DNA of 64,000 nt from Camelus ferus (lineage: Eukaryota): NCBI RefSeq assembly GCF_009834535.1, contig NC_045697.1, positions 49,726,001 to 49,790,000 of the forward strand, in the 5' to 3' direction. The position numbers and the translations under genes are program-made. The first letter of the stretch is position 1. Every line of letters begins with the position of its first letter. This document shows, piece after piece, positions 38,935 to 52,748 of the stretch. The notes below the pieces were generated by a model. The model saw only the letters and a list, made by a program, of their open reading frames with translations, was not told where the DNA came from and did no database searches.

Positions 38935-39890
38935 GATCAGTCACACATATTTATTGAATATTTACTATGAGCAGTCACTGTTCTAGGTGCTAAGGATATA
39001 GCAGTTAGATGAAGTCCCTGCCTTCAGGGGGCTTATATTCCAGTGGAGGAAGACAGATAACAAACACAGAACTAGGTAGTGATAAGTGTTCTGAAGAAGA
39101 TAGAATATTGTTAAAGAGAGTGCCTGGGGCTGGGGGTGGTTGTTCCAGCTAGGGTGGTCAGATCAGGCCTTTCTGAGGTGGTGACATTTGAGGGGAGAAC
39201 TGAAAAATAGAAAGGAGGAAGTGTATTCCAAGCACAAGAAACAGTAGATGCAAAAGAACTGAGATGGAAATAAGTTTGGTATCTTCAGGGAGAAAGAAAG
39301 AAGGCAGAGTGGTTGGACCATGGTGGCTGGAGTATGAGTAGAGTGAGATGTATTTGTGTATTGTTTGTTTGTTGGTTTATTTATGTTGAAGTATAGTTGA
39401 TTTACAATATTGTGTTAGTTCCAAGTGTACAGCAAAGTGATTCAGCTATATACATATATATTTCATGTTATTTTCCATTATAGGTTATTATAAGATATTG
39501 AATATGTTTCCCATGATATAGAGTAAATCCTTGTTGCTTATCTATTTTATACATAGTAGTGTGCATCTGTTAATCTCATATGCCTAATTTATCCCTTACC
39601 CCTTTTCCCCTTTGGTAACCATAATGGTGCCTAGTTCATGTGGGCTTTGAATGCTGTGGTCGGAAGTGCAGACATTTTTTTTTTTTTTCTGGTTCAGTGG
39701 GAAACTTTGGAAAGTTTTAAATATGACAGTTCATCTAATTTTTACTATTAAAAATATTCTAATAGTTGACCAGAGGATAGACAGTGGTGGGGCAAGTTGC
39801 AGGGGGACCAGTTAAGAGTTTTTTGTAGTCCAAGGACGAGATTAGGGTGGCTTGAATTAGGGTCATAGCAGAGGGTCACATGGCCAGTAG
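38935..39890 (-). mobile_element. L2 interrupted by a short L1 3' end (~39360-39625)
   Basis: ATTTATTGAATATTTACTATG L2 tail; TTGAAGTATAGTTGATTTACAATATTGTG L1 end. Confidence 0.7.
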
Positions 39891-40089
39891 GTGGTAGATA
39901 GAAACTCGCTTGTGTCTTTCCCATTCCCCTGACTAGTCCAGAGCCATAATTGAAGGCCATGCAGGAACTTAGATTAATGATGAAGAGAAACAGCCTTTAC
40001 AACTAAGAGAGAAGCTGCTAGGTTTCTGAGGCTGACTCTTTGACTCTCATTTTATTTCTTTGTTTTAACTCATGGTCATGCAATTTCAT

Positions 40090-42110
40090 TATGACAAATT
40101 TGAAAACCTAGAGGGAATGTTTATTTCCCAGAAAAATATCCATAATCAAAATTGAACAAAGAAGAAATGGAAAATTACTATTGATGGGAATGGAAAGATG
40201 ATTCAAAATCTATTGAAAAACCCAGGCACGGATGCTTTCAGAACAATTATCTAATCTTTAAAGAATGAATAATTCCACTATTTTTCAAATGATTTCAGGC
40301 CATGTAAAAATATAGGTATCTCTCCAATCATTGTAACTTTAATACTAAAACCTCAGAAAGGGAGGAAAAAATATAGGCAAATATCATTTATAAATATAGA
40401 TGCAAAAATTACAAATAAAATATTAGCAAAAATAATCTGCTAATGAATCAAAAGAATAATACATTTTGATCAAGTATTTTTATTTTAGGAATTTAAAGAT
40501 AATGGCAAGAAATATGACAACATACTTTACTTTATCAGCAAATCGTGTGATCATTTCATTAGATATGGAAGAGTATTCAATAAAAGTTAACATCCATTCC
40601 TAATTAAACTATAAGTAAAATAGAAACAGAAGGGAATTCTTTGGGAGTTGTACATTTTAGCTGTCTACCATTATTTGGCCCATTATTTTAAAAAGTAAAC
40701 TTTCTTACCTTTATGATAAAATACAAATATTCTGAACTTGTTAACTAGCTGATTGCAAAATAACTGGCCAGCTAACCACATAAATTTCCAGAGAACTACT
40801 TAGCCCAACAAGTTCCCCTTTTTAAATTAACCATTAAAACTCCTTTATGTTACAAAATGCTTATGACATTCTCCTAATTCCTGTAACATGAGATGCTATG
40901 AGACCTCAATTGTTTGTCTGACAGTAGGAAACTGTGCACTGTCCAGACTGAGGGTCAAAGGGATGAATGAAGCCTAACCTGATGATTGACTCTTCCCTGT
41001 AGTCTGGTATATTTGTCTAAGCACTAATCTAGTGTGACTGGTTATTTCCAGTTCTACTACAGAATTAATTGAAATAGAAACTATGTACCAAAATCTGACA
41101 GTCCTAAAATCAAATCATAACAACTACTTCCAGTAAAATTTGGAACTCATCTGGCATGTCCAATCTCGCCATTATGACTTAACAGATTGGGAGGTACTAG
41201 TGATGTAGTGAGACAATAAAATACAGTAGTTGATGATAAATATTGGAAAAGAAGAGTGAAATCTTTCACTTTTTGCTGATGATATGATTTTATATTTAGA
41301 AAATCCAAGATACCTGTAAATAAAAACACACAAGATTTAATAAGAAAATTTGGTTAGGTGACTTCTACAAGATCCTTATACAAGAATAAATTATTTCTTC
41401 TCTTTTAATAATAAACACTGGTAAAGGAAATAGAAAAAATAGAATTTACCTAAATGACAAAAACTGTAAAGTACTTAGGAATAAATTTTAGAGAAAAGCA
41501 CAGGAATCATATGAAAAAAATTGTAAAATCTTTTTGTATAACCTAGAAAGAAGCTTTCAACAAATAGTAAGATAGTTTTAAAATGAGAAAGCAATGTAAT
41601 AAAAATGTTAATTTCCCCTAAATTAAGTTTGATGAAATTTAGATTAAAATACCAACAGGGCATTAAAAGTACCTTTGGAACTGAGTAAAATTATCTGAAA
41701 GTTTAGAAGTAAAAATAGGTGCCTAATAATACTCAAGAAAGATTTGAAAACATAGACTAGCAAAGGAGGGACTTTTTTTTTTATCAGATATTAGAACATA
41801 CTATAAAGCCATTCAAGTAAAAAACAACACAGCAGTGGCATAGGAATAGACAAATAGACAAATGGGTCAAATAGAGAATACAGAAATCAATCTCAGCACA
41901 TAAGAGAATTTAAAATGCAAAAAACTGGTATTTTACTATATTGGGAGAAGTTAGAATTATTCAATAAATACTAAATTTAGAGGAAATCTAGAAGAAAGTA
42001 AGATTTGGCCCTATACCATATACAAATATAATTTTAGGATTGTTTAATATTGTAAATGAAGGAAAAAAATGTAATAAAAATTCTGGAAATTCAGAAATTG
42101 TATTGTATAT
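40090..42110 (+). mobile_element. Ancient degenerate L1 ORF2 fragments
   Basis: Eroded RT-region motifs (TTTGCTGATGATATGATT = FADDMI). Confidence 0.65.
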
Positions 42111-42189
42111 GTATGTAGTGTATTTTTTTCCCTTAAACATTTTAAACTACATTTACATGTGTAATATAACCACCTATTTTCAAAGCATC

Positions 42190-44085
42190 TTTTATCAATG
42201 GTTTCCTTTGCTGTGCAAAAGCTTTTAAATTTAATTGGTCCCATTTGTTTATTTTTTTAAAATTTATTTTGCCTTAGGAGACAGAGTCAAAAAATATTGC
42301 CACAATTTGTATCAAAGAGTATGCTCTCTTCTAGGAGTTTTATGGTTTCAGGTCTTAAATTTGGATCTTTAATCCATTTTAAGTTTATTTTTGTATGTGG
42401 TATGAGAAAATGTTCTAATTTCATTGTTTTGCATGTAGCTGCCCAGTTTTCCCAGCACCACTTATTGTAGAGACTACCTTTTCTCCATTGTATATTCTTT
42501 GTTGTGGATTAATTGATCATATGTGCATGGGTTTATTTCTGATGTCTCTATTCTGTTCCATTGATCTGTATGTTTGTTTTTGTTCCAGTACGATGCTGTT
42601 TTGATTACTGTAGCTTTGTAGTCTACACTGAGGTCAGGGAGCGTGATATCACCAGCAATTATTTTGGCAATCCTGGGTCTTTTGTGGTTCCATATAAATT
42701 TTAGGATTGTTTGTTCTAGTTCTTTGAAAAATGTTGTGGGTATTTTGATAGGGATTGCATTAAATCTGTAGATTGCTTTGGGTAGTATGGACATTTTAGC
42801 AATATTAATTCTTCCAATCCATGAACACAGGATATCTTTCAAATATATTGATTAATTTCTGTTTTTATTAATTGAAGACCATGATTTTGCACCAATATCT
42901 TCATTTCCAATTCAACATTACAGGTATAATCTAGTTTTTCCCCCTTTCCATCATCATTTGAAAGTTTGTTTAAATTTACTTTATTTTATTTAAGTATAGT
43001 TGATTTATAATGTGTTAGTTTCTGGTATATAGCATAGTGATTCAGTTATACATACATAGATATTCTTTTTCATTATAGGTTATTATAAGTTATTGAATAT
43101 AGTTCCCTGTGTTATACAGTAGGACCTTGTTTATCAGTTCTGTATATAGTAGTTTGTATCTGCTAATCCCAAACTCCCAATTTATCCCTTCCCCACCCTT
43201 TTCCCCTTTGGTAAACATGTTTGTTTTCTATGTCTATGAGTCTCTTTCTGTTTCGTAAATGAGTTCATCTGTGTCATTTTTAAAGATTCCACATACAAGA
43301 GAGATCATATGACATTTGTCTTTCTCTGGCTGACTTAACTTCACTTAGTATGATAATCTCCAGGTCCATCCGTGTAGCTGCAAATGGCATTATTCCATTC
43401 TTTTTTTTTTTTATCACTTAGTAGTATTCTTTCTTCCTATGTATCTATGTATCTATCTATCTATCTATCTCACATCTTCTTTACCCAGTCATCTATGGAT
43501 GGACATTTAGGTTGCTTCTGTGTCTTGGCTATGGTGAATAATGCTGCTATAGACATTGGGGTACATTTATCTTTTTGAATTAGAATTTTCTCTGGATATA
43601 TGCCCAGGAGTGGGATTGCTGGATCATATAGTAAGTCTATTTTTGGTTTTTAAAGGAATCTCCATATTGTTTTCCATAGTGGCTGCAAACTGCATTCCCA
43701 CCAACAGTGTAGGAGGGTTCCCTTTTCTCCACAGCCTCTCCAGCATTTATCATTTGTGGACTTTTTAATGATGACCATTCTGACTGGTGTGAGGTGATAT
43801 TTCATGGTAGTTTTGATTTGTATTTTTCTAATATTTAGTGATAGTGAGCATCTTTTCATGTGCCTGTGGTGCCTGTGTCTTCATTGGAGAAATGTCTGTT
43901 TAGGTCTTCCACCTATTTTTTGACTGGTTGTTTGTTTTTTATTTGTTATTGAGTTGTATGAGCTGTTGGTATATTCTGGAAATTAAACCTTTGTCAGTTG
44001 TATCATTTGCAAATATTTTCTTCCAGTTCATAAGTTGTCTTTTTGTTTTATTTATGTTTGTGCAAAACTTATAAGTTTAATTAGA
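42190..44085 (-). mobile_element. Two L1 pieces: ORF2 fragment (~42190-42840) and 3' end (~42975-44085)
   Basis: ORF 42474-42842 ([20 protein letters not shown]) and ORF 43650-43859. Confidence 0.88.
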
Positions 44086-46366
44086 TGTTTATATTTCTTT
44101 AACACTTTTTTGTGTGAATTTTGAATATTTTGAAACATTTTATATTTTATCCTGTTTCAGTCATTTGCCATATTCAATCAAACAGACTGAAAAGAAAATA
44201 TTAAATTAAATATTTATCATTCAAAATATACAAACCTAAATAAGTATAGAAGAAATTTAAATACTCCAACAGTCAAATTAATTTTTTTATAAGTCTGTAG
44301 AATTTATGGTTCTGAAGTTATTAAAGCTTAAAATTACATGAAGACTTCAGAGACATCCTTTATTTAGTTACTTGATTAATCCTCCTTATGTAATCAATTT
44401 CTCATCTCTTCCACCACGCCCTCCCCTGTGTGACTCCCTCTTTGCTATATCCATTCTTCTAACCTCCCATTCCAGGCCACTTTTCCACGGGGATGGCCCT
44501 GCTCACCCTGCGGGGACTGTAACCCCTGTGCCTCAGGGTGGAGGTGACCTCTTACCCTGTCTAAATTGGGCCCCTTGCCCTTATCTTCCTTGGATGTCAG
44601 CCCTGTGGTGTGGGCTGCCATGGCTTACCCTCTCTCCATTCCTGATGTTTGGATGCCTACGTCTCTTAGAAGTGGGCTCATCTAATACCTTTAGGACTGA
44701 ACTGTTCAGGAAAGGAAGGCAGGAAAATAATGGAAGAGATAGAAAGAGGAAGAAGAAGAGAAATAGTTAATTTGTTTTAGCCTTTCATCAACATATTCAA
44801 AGATATAAATTTCCCGCTAAGTACTATTTAGATGCATCTCACAGATTTTAATATATAGCACTTTCGTTGTCATACAGTTTTAAGTAACTTCTAATCTTCT
44901 GTTTAACTCAAGCATTATTCATTTATTTAAATAAGATGAGACTTTCAGTCAAACTCTGTAAAATGGAAATCTAAAAGTCATTTTACTTTTACTTTTTTTC
45001 TCTAGGCATGTTAAGTGCCAATGATCCTTTTCTAGCTTAACAAAGAAAGTCAACAAGTATTTATATCTCTAAGATGCCATTTTAAATATTATCACCAGGG
45101 CAACACATTATAAAACAACCAATCAGCATTATAAGCTTCTTAGAGAAGAGGAACGATTTCCCCAGGACACAACAACAGTTTCTGAAGTCTGGATGTCTTA
45201 CAAATCTTTGTTAGAATTAAAGTTGTCAGGTCAGTTTTATGATGCAGAATATTCTGCGCTATTCTGGCAGCTTCAGGGAAAATGGAAATATTTGCTACTT
45301 ATCTTGCAAAGACTTCACCAGTTAGAAGAGTCTCTAGTTTTTCAAGGCTAAATGTTAAAATGTATGAAAGGGAAGAGACAGTTCTGAAAAGCCCCCAATT
45401 CAGTTTAGGAATGGGTTATATAAATTTTGCATCTAGTTTTTAGTAACATTTTTTAGTTTTAATTTGATAACTGAGTGTTCTATATCTTTGCTCTTTTTCT
45501 TCTACTTAAGCTATTAGTTTCTGAAAATGGTGACTTAAATTTTTCCAAGTAGAAGATTAATTAATTTATTTCATTCTTCTGTCAGTTATTGTTTCATATA
45601 TTTTTAAGCTATATTACTAAGTATATATTCATGATTATTACATCTTCTTGGTCCCTAATGCTAATGTATTCTACTCCTATATACCCCATATTATGTTTTT
45701 CATTTTGTATGTCCTTTTTTGTCTAGTATTAAAATTGCTATACTGGATTTCTGCTGGTTTATATCTAACTAGTTTATCTTTTGTCACGCCTTTTTAAAAA
45801 TAGATTAAAATTTTTTTTTAACTCACCACCTGACTCAAGAACTAAAACAGTAACAATTGCACCTACCGAGTGCTTCTCTTCCCCATCCTTCTACCCTAGT
45901 CTTCCTATTTCCCTCCAAGGTAATAGCTATGCTAAATTTTGTGTATGTCATTACCTTGCTTTAAAACATTATTTTACCACATATATATCATATATACATA
46001 TATGTATCATATATATAAACAATATATTGGTTTTTATTATCTGATGTTAAACTTTAAGAAGAGTGTACATGCTGTATATAGTCTTCTGGGACTTGCTTTT
46101 ATCACTCAACATCATGCTATCATATTCATCCATATTCTGTGTTACAGAAGTTCATTCATTTTTACTGCTATAAAGTATTTCACCATTTGAATTTATTATC
46201 CTATCAAGGGATTTTAACCTTTTTGCTATTACAAACGATGCTGACATGAGAATTTCTGTACAAGAGTTTCTTTTGGGCATACATTTAGGAGTGGTATGGC
46301 AAAAGCATAAGCTATGCAAATACTCAACTTGACAAGCTGATTTAATTTTGTCCTTTATTATCTACC

Positions 46367-46462
46367 TATGTATGTATGTATGTGTATGTATGTATGTATG
46401 TATGTATGTATGTATGTATCATCTATCTATAAATCTATCTGCCTACCTACCTATCATCTATC
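46367..46462. repeat. (TATG)n/(TATC)n compound microsatellite
   Basis: Visible tandem units. Confidence 0.9.
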
Positions 46463-46679
46463 TGTGCTGAACACAAAAGTTTGTCTGTAATCATCACTTT
46501 ATTTTCAATCTTTCCACATCATTTTGTTTTCAGTGTGGCTCTTGTAAGCAATAGTTGTTGGATTTTTTCTACCATCTAAACCAAGAGTTGAACTTACATT
46601 TGTAATAACTACTATTATTTAAAACTTAACCTTGCTATTTTATTTTATGCTTTCAGTATTTTTTATTTTAGGCTTTCTT

Positions 46680-49610
46680 ATGAGGATGAAGTGATGCCTC
46701 ATGGTGGGTTTTAGTTTATATTTTCATAATGGCTAATGATATTGGACATCTTTTTATCTGTTTATTTGCTATCTGTATGTCTCCTTTGGTAAAATGTCTC
46801 TTGATGTCTTTTGTCCATGTTCTAACTGAATAGTATTTTTTTATTTTTGAGGTTTGTATGTTCCTTATATATCCTAGACACCCATCCTTTGTTGGATATG
46901 TGGTTTTCAAATATTTTCTCCCAATTTGTAGCTTACCTTTTCATCCTCTAAACTGGGCGTTTCACAGAATAGAAGTTTTAAGCTTTGATAAAGTACAGTT
47001 TATCAATTTTATCTTTTATGGATTGTGCTTTTGGTTTCAAATCTAAGAACTTGTTGCCAGCACTAGATTCCAAGGATTTCTAGTTTTTTCTAAAGTTTTA
47101 TAGTTTTTATATCTTACATTTAAGTCCACGATTTATTTTGCTTAATTTTTGTATAAGGTGTGAAACTTAAGTCATGGTTCATGATTTGCTTACGAATATC
47201 TAATTGTTCCAGCACCTTTGGTGAAAAGGCTATCTTTCCTCCATTGAATTGCTTTTGCATCTTTGTCAAAAATCCATTAGGCATATTTTTTCTGAGTCTA
47301 TTGCTAGATTCGATGTTTTGTTCCAGCAGTCTATGAATGTTTCCCTCTGCTGATACTATACCATTTTGATTACTGTAGCTATACAATAAGTCTTGAAATT
47401 GGGTAGACCGATCCTTCTACTTTCTTATTATTTTTCAGAATTGTTTTAGCCATTCCACTTTCTCTACCTTTACATAAATTTTTTATAATAATCTTATCTC
47501 TATATACAATAGGTCTCTCTAGGATTTTTATAGGAATTGCATTAAACTTCTATATCTATTTGGGGAAAATGAACATCTTTACTATGCTGGGTTTTCCAGT
47601 CCATGAACATGGTGTGTCTCTGTATTTCTTTAGATCTTCTTTGACTTCTTACATTAGTGTTATGTGGTTTTCAGCATACGAGTCCCAGACATGGTTTGCT
47701 AGATTTATGCCTGCATGTTTAATATTTTTAATAGTTGTAAATTGTATTATGTTTTAAAATTTTTATGTCTATATGTTTGTGTTGGTATATAGAAATAAAA
47801 CTGATTTTCATTGTTTATCCTGTGCTCCGTGATCTTGCTGTATAACATATTAGATAAAGAGGGTTTTTTTTTTCTTTTTAGTTTTGTAGATTCCTACAGA
47901 GTTCCTTTTCTTGCCTTATTGCACTGGTTAGAACTTCCAGCACTATATTGAATAAAAATGGTGAAAGTGGTTATTTTTGTCTTGTTCTTGATCTTAGGTG
48001 AAAGTATTCAATCTCCGAACATACTTAAGTATGAGAGTATCTGTGAGGTTTTGTTAGATGTTCTTGATTAAGTTGAGGACATCTCTCTATTTTTCTGAAA
48101 GTTTTTATCACAAATGAGTGTTGAATTTTGTCAGATATCTTTTATGCATTGATTGATATGATCAAATGATTTTTCTTCTTAGCCTGTTAATCTGTTGGTC
48201 TACACTTGTTGATTTTTTTTCCATTTTTAAAAATTGAAGTATAGTCAGTTTACAATGTTGTGCCAGTTTCTGGTGTACAGCATAATAGTTCAGTCATACA
48301 TATACATACATATATTTCTTTTCATATTCTTTTTCATTATAGGTTGCTACAAACTATCAAATGTAGTTCTCTGTGCTATACAGTACAAATTTGTTTATTT
48401 ATTTTATATATAGTAGTTAATATCTGCAAATCTCAAACTCCCAATTTATCCCTTCCCGACCTCTTTCTCCCCTGGTAACTATAAGTTTGTTTTACGTCTA
48501 TGAGTCTGTTTCTGTTTTGTAAATACATTGGTTTGTATCTTTTTTTAAGATTCCACGTATAAGTGATATCATATGGTATTTTTCTTTCTCTTTCTTGCTT
48601 ACTTCGCTTAGGATGACAGTCTCCAGGTCCATCCATGTTGCTGCAAATGACATTATTTTATTCTTTTTTATGGCTGAGTAGTATTCCATTGTATAAATAT
48701 ACCACAACTTCTTTATCTAGTCATCTGTTAATGAACATTTAGGTTATTTCCACTTCTTGGCTATTGTAATTAGTGCTTCTATAAACATTGGGGTGTATGT
48801 ATCTTTTTGAATTAAAGTTCCCTCCAGATATATGCCCTGGAGTGGGATTGCTGGATCATATGGTAAGTCTATTTTAAAATTTTTTGAGGAATCTCTATAC
48901 TGTTTTCCATAATGGCTGCACCAAACTACATTCCCACCAACAGTGTAGGAGAGTTCCCTATTCTCCACACTCTGTCCAGAATTTATTGTTTGTGGACTTT
49001 TTAATGATGACCATTCTGACCGGTGTGAGGTGATATCTCATTGTAGTTTTGATTTGTATTTCTCTGATAATTAGTGATATTGAGCATTTTTTCATGTGCC
49101 TATTGGCCATTTGTATGTCTTCATTGGAGAAATGTCTGTTTAGGTCTTATGCCCATTCTTGAATTGGTTTTTTTGTTGTTGTTGTTATTAAGTTGTATGA
49201 GCTGTTTATTTATTCTAGAAGTTAAGCCCTTGTCAGTCACATCATTTGCAAATATTTTTTCCCATTCTGTAGGTTGTCTTTTTGTTTTGTTTATGGTTTC
49301 CTTTACCTTGCTACACTGATTGATTTTGGAATATTGAATAAAATTTACTTAAACATAGTGTGTAATTCTTTTTGCACATTATTTAATTCTAAATGCTAAT
49401 ATTTTGTTAAAGACTTTCATGTCTATATTAGTAAGCAAAATTGGTGTCTAGTACCTTTTTTTTTTGTACTGATTTTGTCTGGTTTTTGATATTAAGATAA
49501 TACTTGCTTCCTAAAAGGAATCAGTTTCCTCTTCTAGATTCCAGAAGACATAGTATAGAGTTAGTGTTAAATTTTCTTTAAAAATTTGGTAGAATTCTCC
49601 AGAAAGCCCA
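46680..49610 (-). mobile_element. Old L1 ORF2 region with a nested younger L1 (48216-49310)
   Basis: L1 ORF2-like minus-strand ORFs; nested copy flanked by TSD CTACACT(TG/GA)TTGATTT at 48200-48215 and 49311-49326. Confidence 0.85.
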
Positions 49611-51129
49611 TTAAAAAAATAGACTTTATTTTTAAATAGAATTTTTTAATTGATTTTTTTCATTGTCCAAGTTTTATTCCCATCTTTTAAATTGAAGCAT
49701 AGTTGCTTTACAATGTTGTATTAGATTATGATGTACAGTATAGTGATTTCAGTTCCTTTTCATATCCTTTTTTATTATAGGTTGCTACAAGATATTGAAT
49801 ATAGTTCTCTGTGCTATACAGTATAAACTTGCTGTTTATCTATTTTATATATAGTAGTTAGTATCTACCAACCCTAAACTCCCAATTTATTCCTCCTTCC
49901 CCTCTTCCCCACTCAGTAACTGTAAGTTTGTTTTCTATGGCTGTGAGTGATGAGGAAATTTCTGAATCTCCACAAGGACATATCTCTGGTACTGCCCCAG
50001 TGAGGGGCAAGGTTATCTTATTACTGCTGGCTGGAGGTGGAAGTTCTGACTGACATATGGTCCCCACTGACCTAGTGAGGGAGAAGGCTTGTTACTGCCT
50101 GGTGGTAATGAAAGTTCTGGCTCACCAGAGGCTTTCTGTCCTGATGCTGGTGATGGGGTACCTCATTACAACCTTGCAAGGGTGGAAATCTAGACTCCCC
50201 ACTTAACCTTTGCTAGCATGCATGGTTGGTGGGGGCACAGTATTTTCTGTGATGTTGGACTAGACTAGAGTAGTCATTGATGGAAAGTTTTCTGTCTTGC
50301 TAGGTGACCCCTTTTCTGGTCCTTTGGCTAGAGTGAGCAAACTTTTGTCTTATTTTTAGTCTGTGCTCATGTCAGTTTGCCATCTTCTTTGGCTCCAAAT
50401 CTGGGACTTATGAGGCAAAAAGAAAGCTCATGGAGTTCACTGCTGTGTTATTCCTTAGGTCATGAGGTCCCTAGCTGGTCTGCCTTCTCTCCACCTTTCA
50501 GAGTCTTCTTATATAATTTTGTATTTAATTTTTAATCATACTTAGTGGGAATAATAGGGAAAATGATGTTTATTGCAACCTCCCAGAAATGGAGGACCAG
50601 AGTGGGTTTTAACATTTCCATTTTATAGAAGCAAAAGCTGATATTAAAAGATGTTAATGAATTTGTCTGAGGTTACACAGAAAGTGAGCGATAGGGAAGG
50701 ATCAAACTCATGCTTGAAGTCCTGAATGTCAGAGTTGAGGAGCCATCCTTTTCCAGTACCTTTTCCAATACTTGAATTCTCCCTCCATCCTCCCTATCAA
50801 GTGGTCATCACTGAGGCCATGCAAGAAAGTTGCATGACTGCTAATTTCCTGCTGCTTGCACCAAAACATGGTCTCTCACTGGATAGCATAAATCTCAGCT
50901 TATTGTATAGGACAATATGTCTTGTTATTTGATGTTTCCATAATTCTTGCTTCTGTGCAAGGCACAATGTTGATGATCAGTAGCCGCCAGTTGACCTTGG
51001 GATTAAAGCCCAGCCTGAAAAGCTCTAGGCAAACACTATCTGAGATGTGTGAGAAAGAAGGTATGACTAACTTCACTTTTTCTTTTATATCCATCTCCCC
51101 ACAGTTCCCCAGTCTTCTCCAATGCAGTG

Positions 51130-51560
51130 GATAATGGTGGTGCTCTGCTCAGATCCCCTTGGATACCATTTTACTATTTTTGTGCACCACCTGGTTTTTC
51201 TGTGCTTTCCAAACACTGTATTTACAGCCTTTCTCTGGATTCTCTGTCTCCCAGAGCCTGGTTTTCCTAAAAGGGAGAAAGCTGAAAGTACATGGGAATT
51301 ATGTCCCCTGGGGTGGCCTTTAACTAGTGACAGATGGGAGCAGGCAACTCTGTAGTGTAACTTACATTCTGAGTTCCTCCATGGGAATAGGCTGAAGCCA
51401 CCCTCTGCAGGACTGCACTTGGAATGACATTTGCTGCTCGGCTTTCTCCCTTTTCCCGCCCCACCCCTGCTTCCTTCCTGGTTTCCCTTGGGAGCACTTC
51501 TTTAATAAATCACACAAATCCTCATCTCAGGGTCTGCATCTGGGGAACCTGACTGAAACA
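51130..51560 (+). mobile_element. LTR16-like ERVL solo LTR
   Basis: 3' end AATAAATCAC...AATCCTCATCTCAGGGTCTGCATCTGGGGAACCTGACTGAAACA. Confidence 0.7.
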
Positions 51561-52371
51561 TCCGTCAAAGAAGTTCCAAGGTGAATACTAGTCTATCTGT
51601 AGCATGAGAGTGTGTAGCATAGTTACTGTGGTCACTGCTGAGGAGGAATAGGGAGGAATCATGGCCAAGTTGCCTTCATCTTGTCGTTATGGAGACAGAC
51701 GTGCTGGGCTTTATCACAAGGCTGCTTTCCTCCAGGTATGACGTTGCTGTGGAAACACAGCACCCAAAGCCTCAAAGAACACTCTGTTCTAATCCCAGCT
51801 GCTTTATCCATCTGCTTTGTGTCTCATTAGCAGAAGGAGCCTAGCAAGACAGGAGGCGTTGACCACATCTCTGTTCAACCCAGTAATCTAGAGAAGGGCC
51901 CCAACCCTGGACTTTTTGCTGGGTGAGTGAGAATCTTGGGGTATTTTTAGGTAATATTTGCTAAATTAGATGGAAACAAAATCATCCTGTGCTGCATGGG
52001 TTTTGAATTGACTGCTGGCAACTGCATTTACTGCCTATTTATTTCGATCTGAGTTCAAGTGGGTCCCTCTTAGACTCAGCCTTATTTTGAGCCTGTGGAT
52101 TCTTTCAGCATTAGCCTCCCTGTTTCCAGAAATGGGAATAATTATGCTAACTCATGGTTAATCTTTTCTATGTTCAAGAAAGCAAGAATTTAAACAGAGT
52201 AGTTATAAAATGTGTTATCTCTCCATGGGGATAGCACTGATGATGGATTCTGAGCACAGGTATCAGTGTGGCCCAAGGCTATCTCCCCAGTAGGTGATGG
52301 TGGTTCTCAATTACAGTGCAATGCAGTAGGTACAACCTCACGGTTAAAAGCATGGACTTTTTTGTTAGATG

Positions 52372-52748
52372 GTGTCTTAGTGCGAGCAGCTATAACGAAG
52401 TCACATAGCCTGGATGGCTTACGTTAAAAACATTTATTTCTCATAGTCTGGAGGCTGGGAAATCCAAGATCAAGGTGCTGGCAGATTTAGTGTTTGGTAA
52501 GAGACCTCTTCTTGGTTTGTAGATGGCTGGCTTCTTGCTGTGTCCTCACATTGGGGAGAGAGAGGACTCTGGTCTCTTCCTCTTCTCATAAGGGCACTAA
52601 TCCTGCCATGAGGACTCTACCCACCATGACCTCATCTAAACTTAATTACCCCCCAAAGGCCCCAACTCCAAATACCATCATATTGGGGATTAGGGCTTCA
52701 ATATATGAATTTGGGAGAGAGGGGATACAAACATTCAGTCTGTAGCAG
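52372..52748 (-). mobile_element. MaLR solo LTR (MLT1A/MST-like)
   Basis: TGTCTTAGT...GGAGGCTGGGAAATCCAAGATCAAGGTGCTGGCAG...CATTCAGTCTGTAGCA. Confidence 0.8.
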
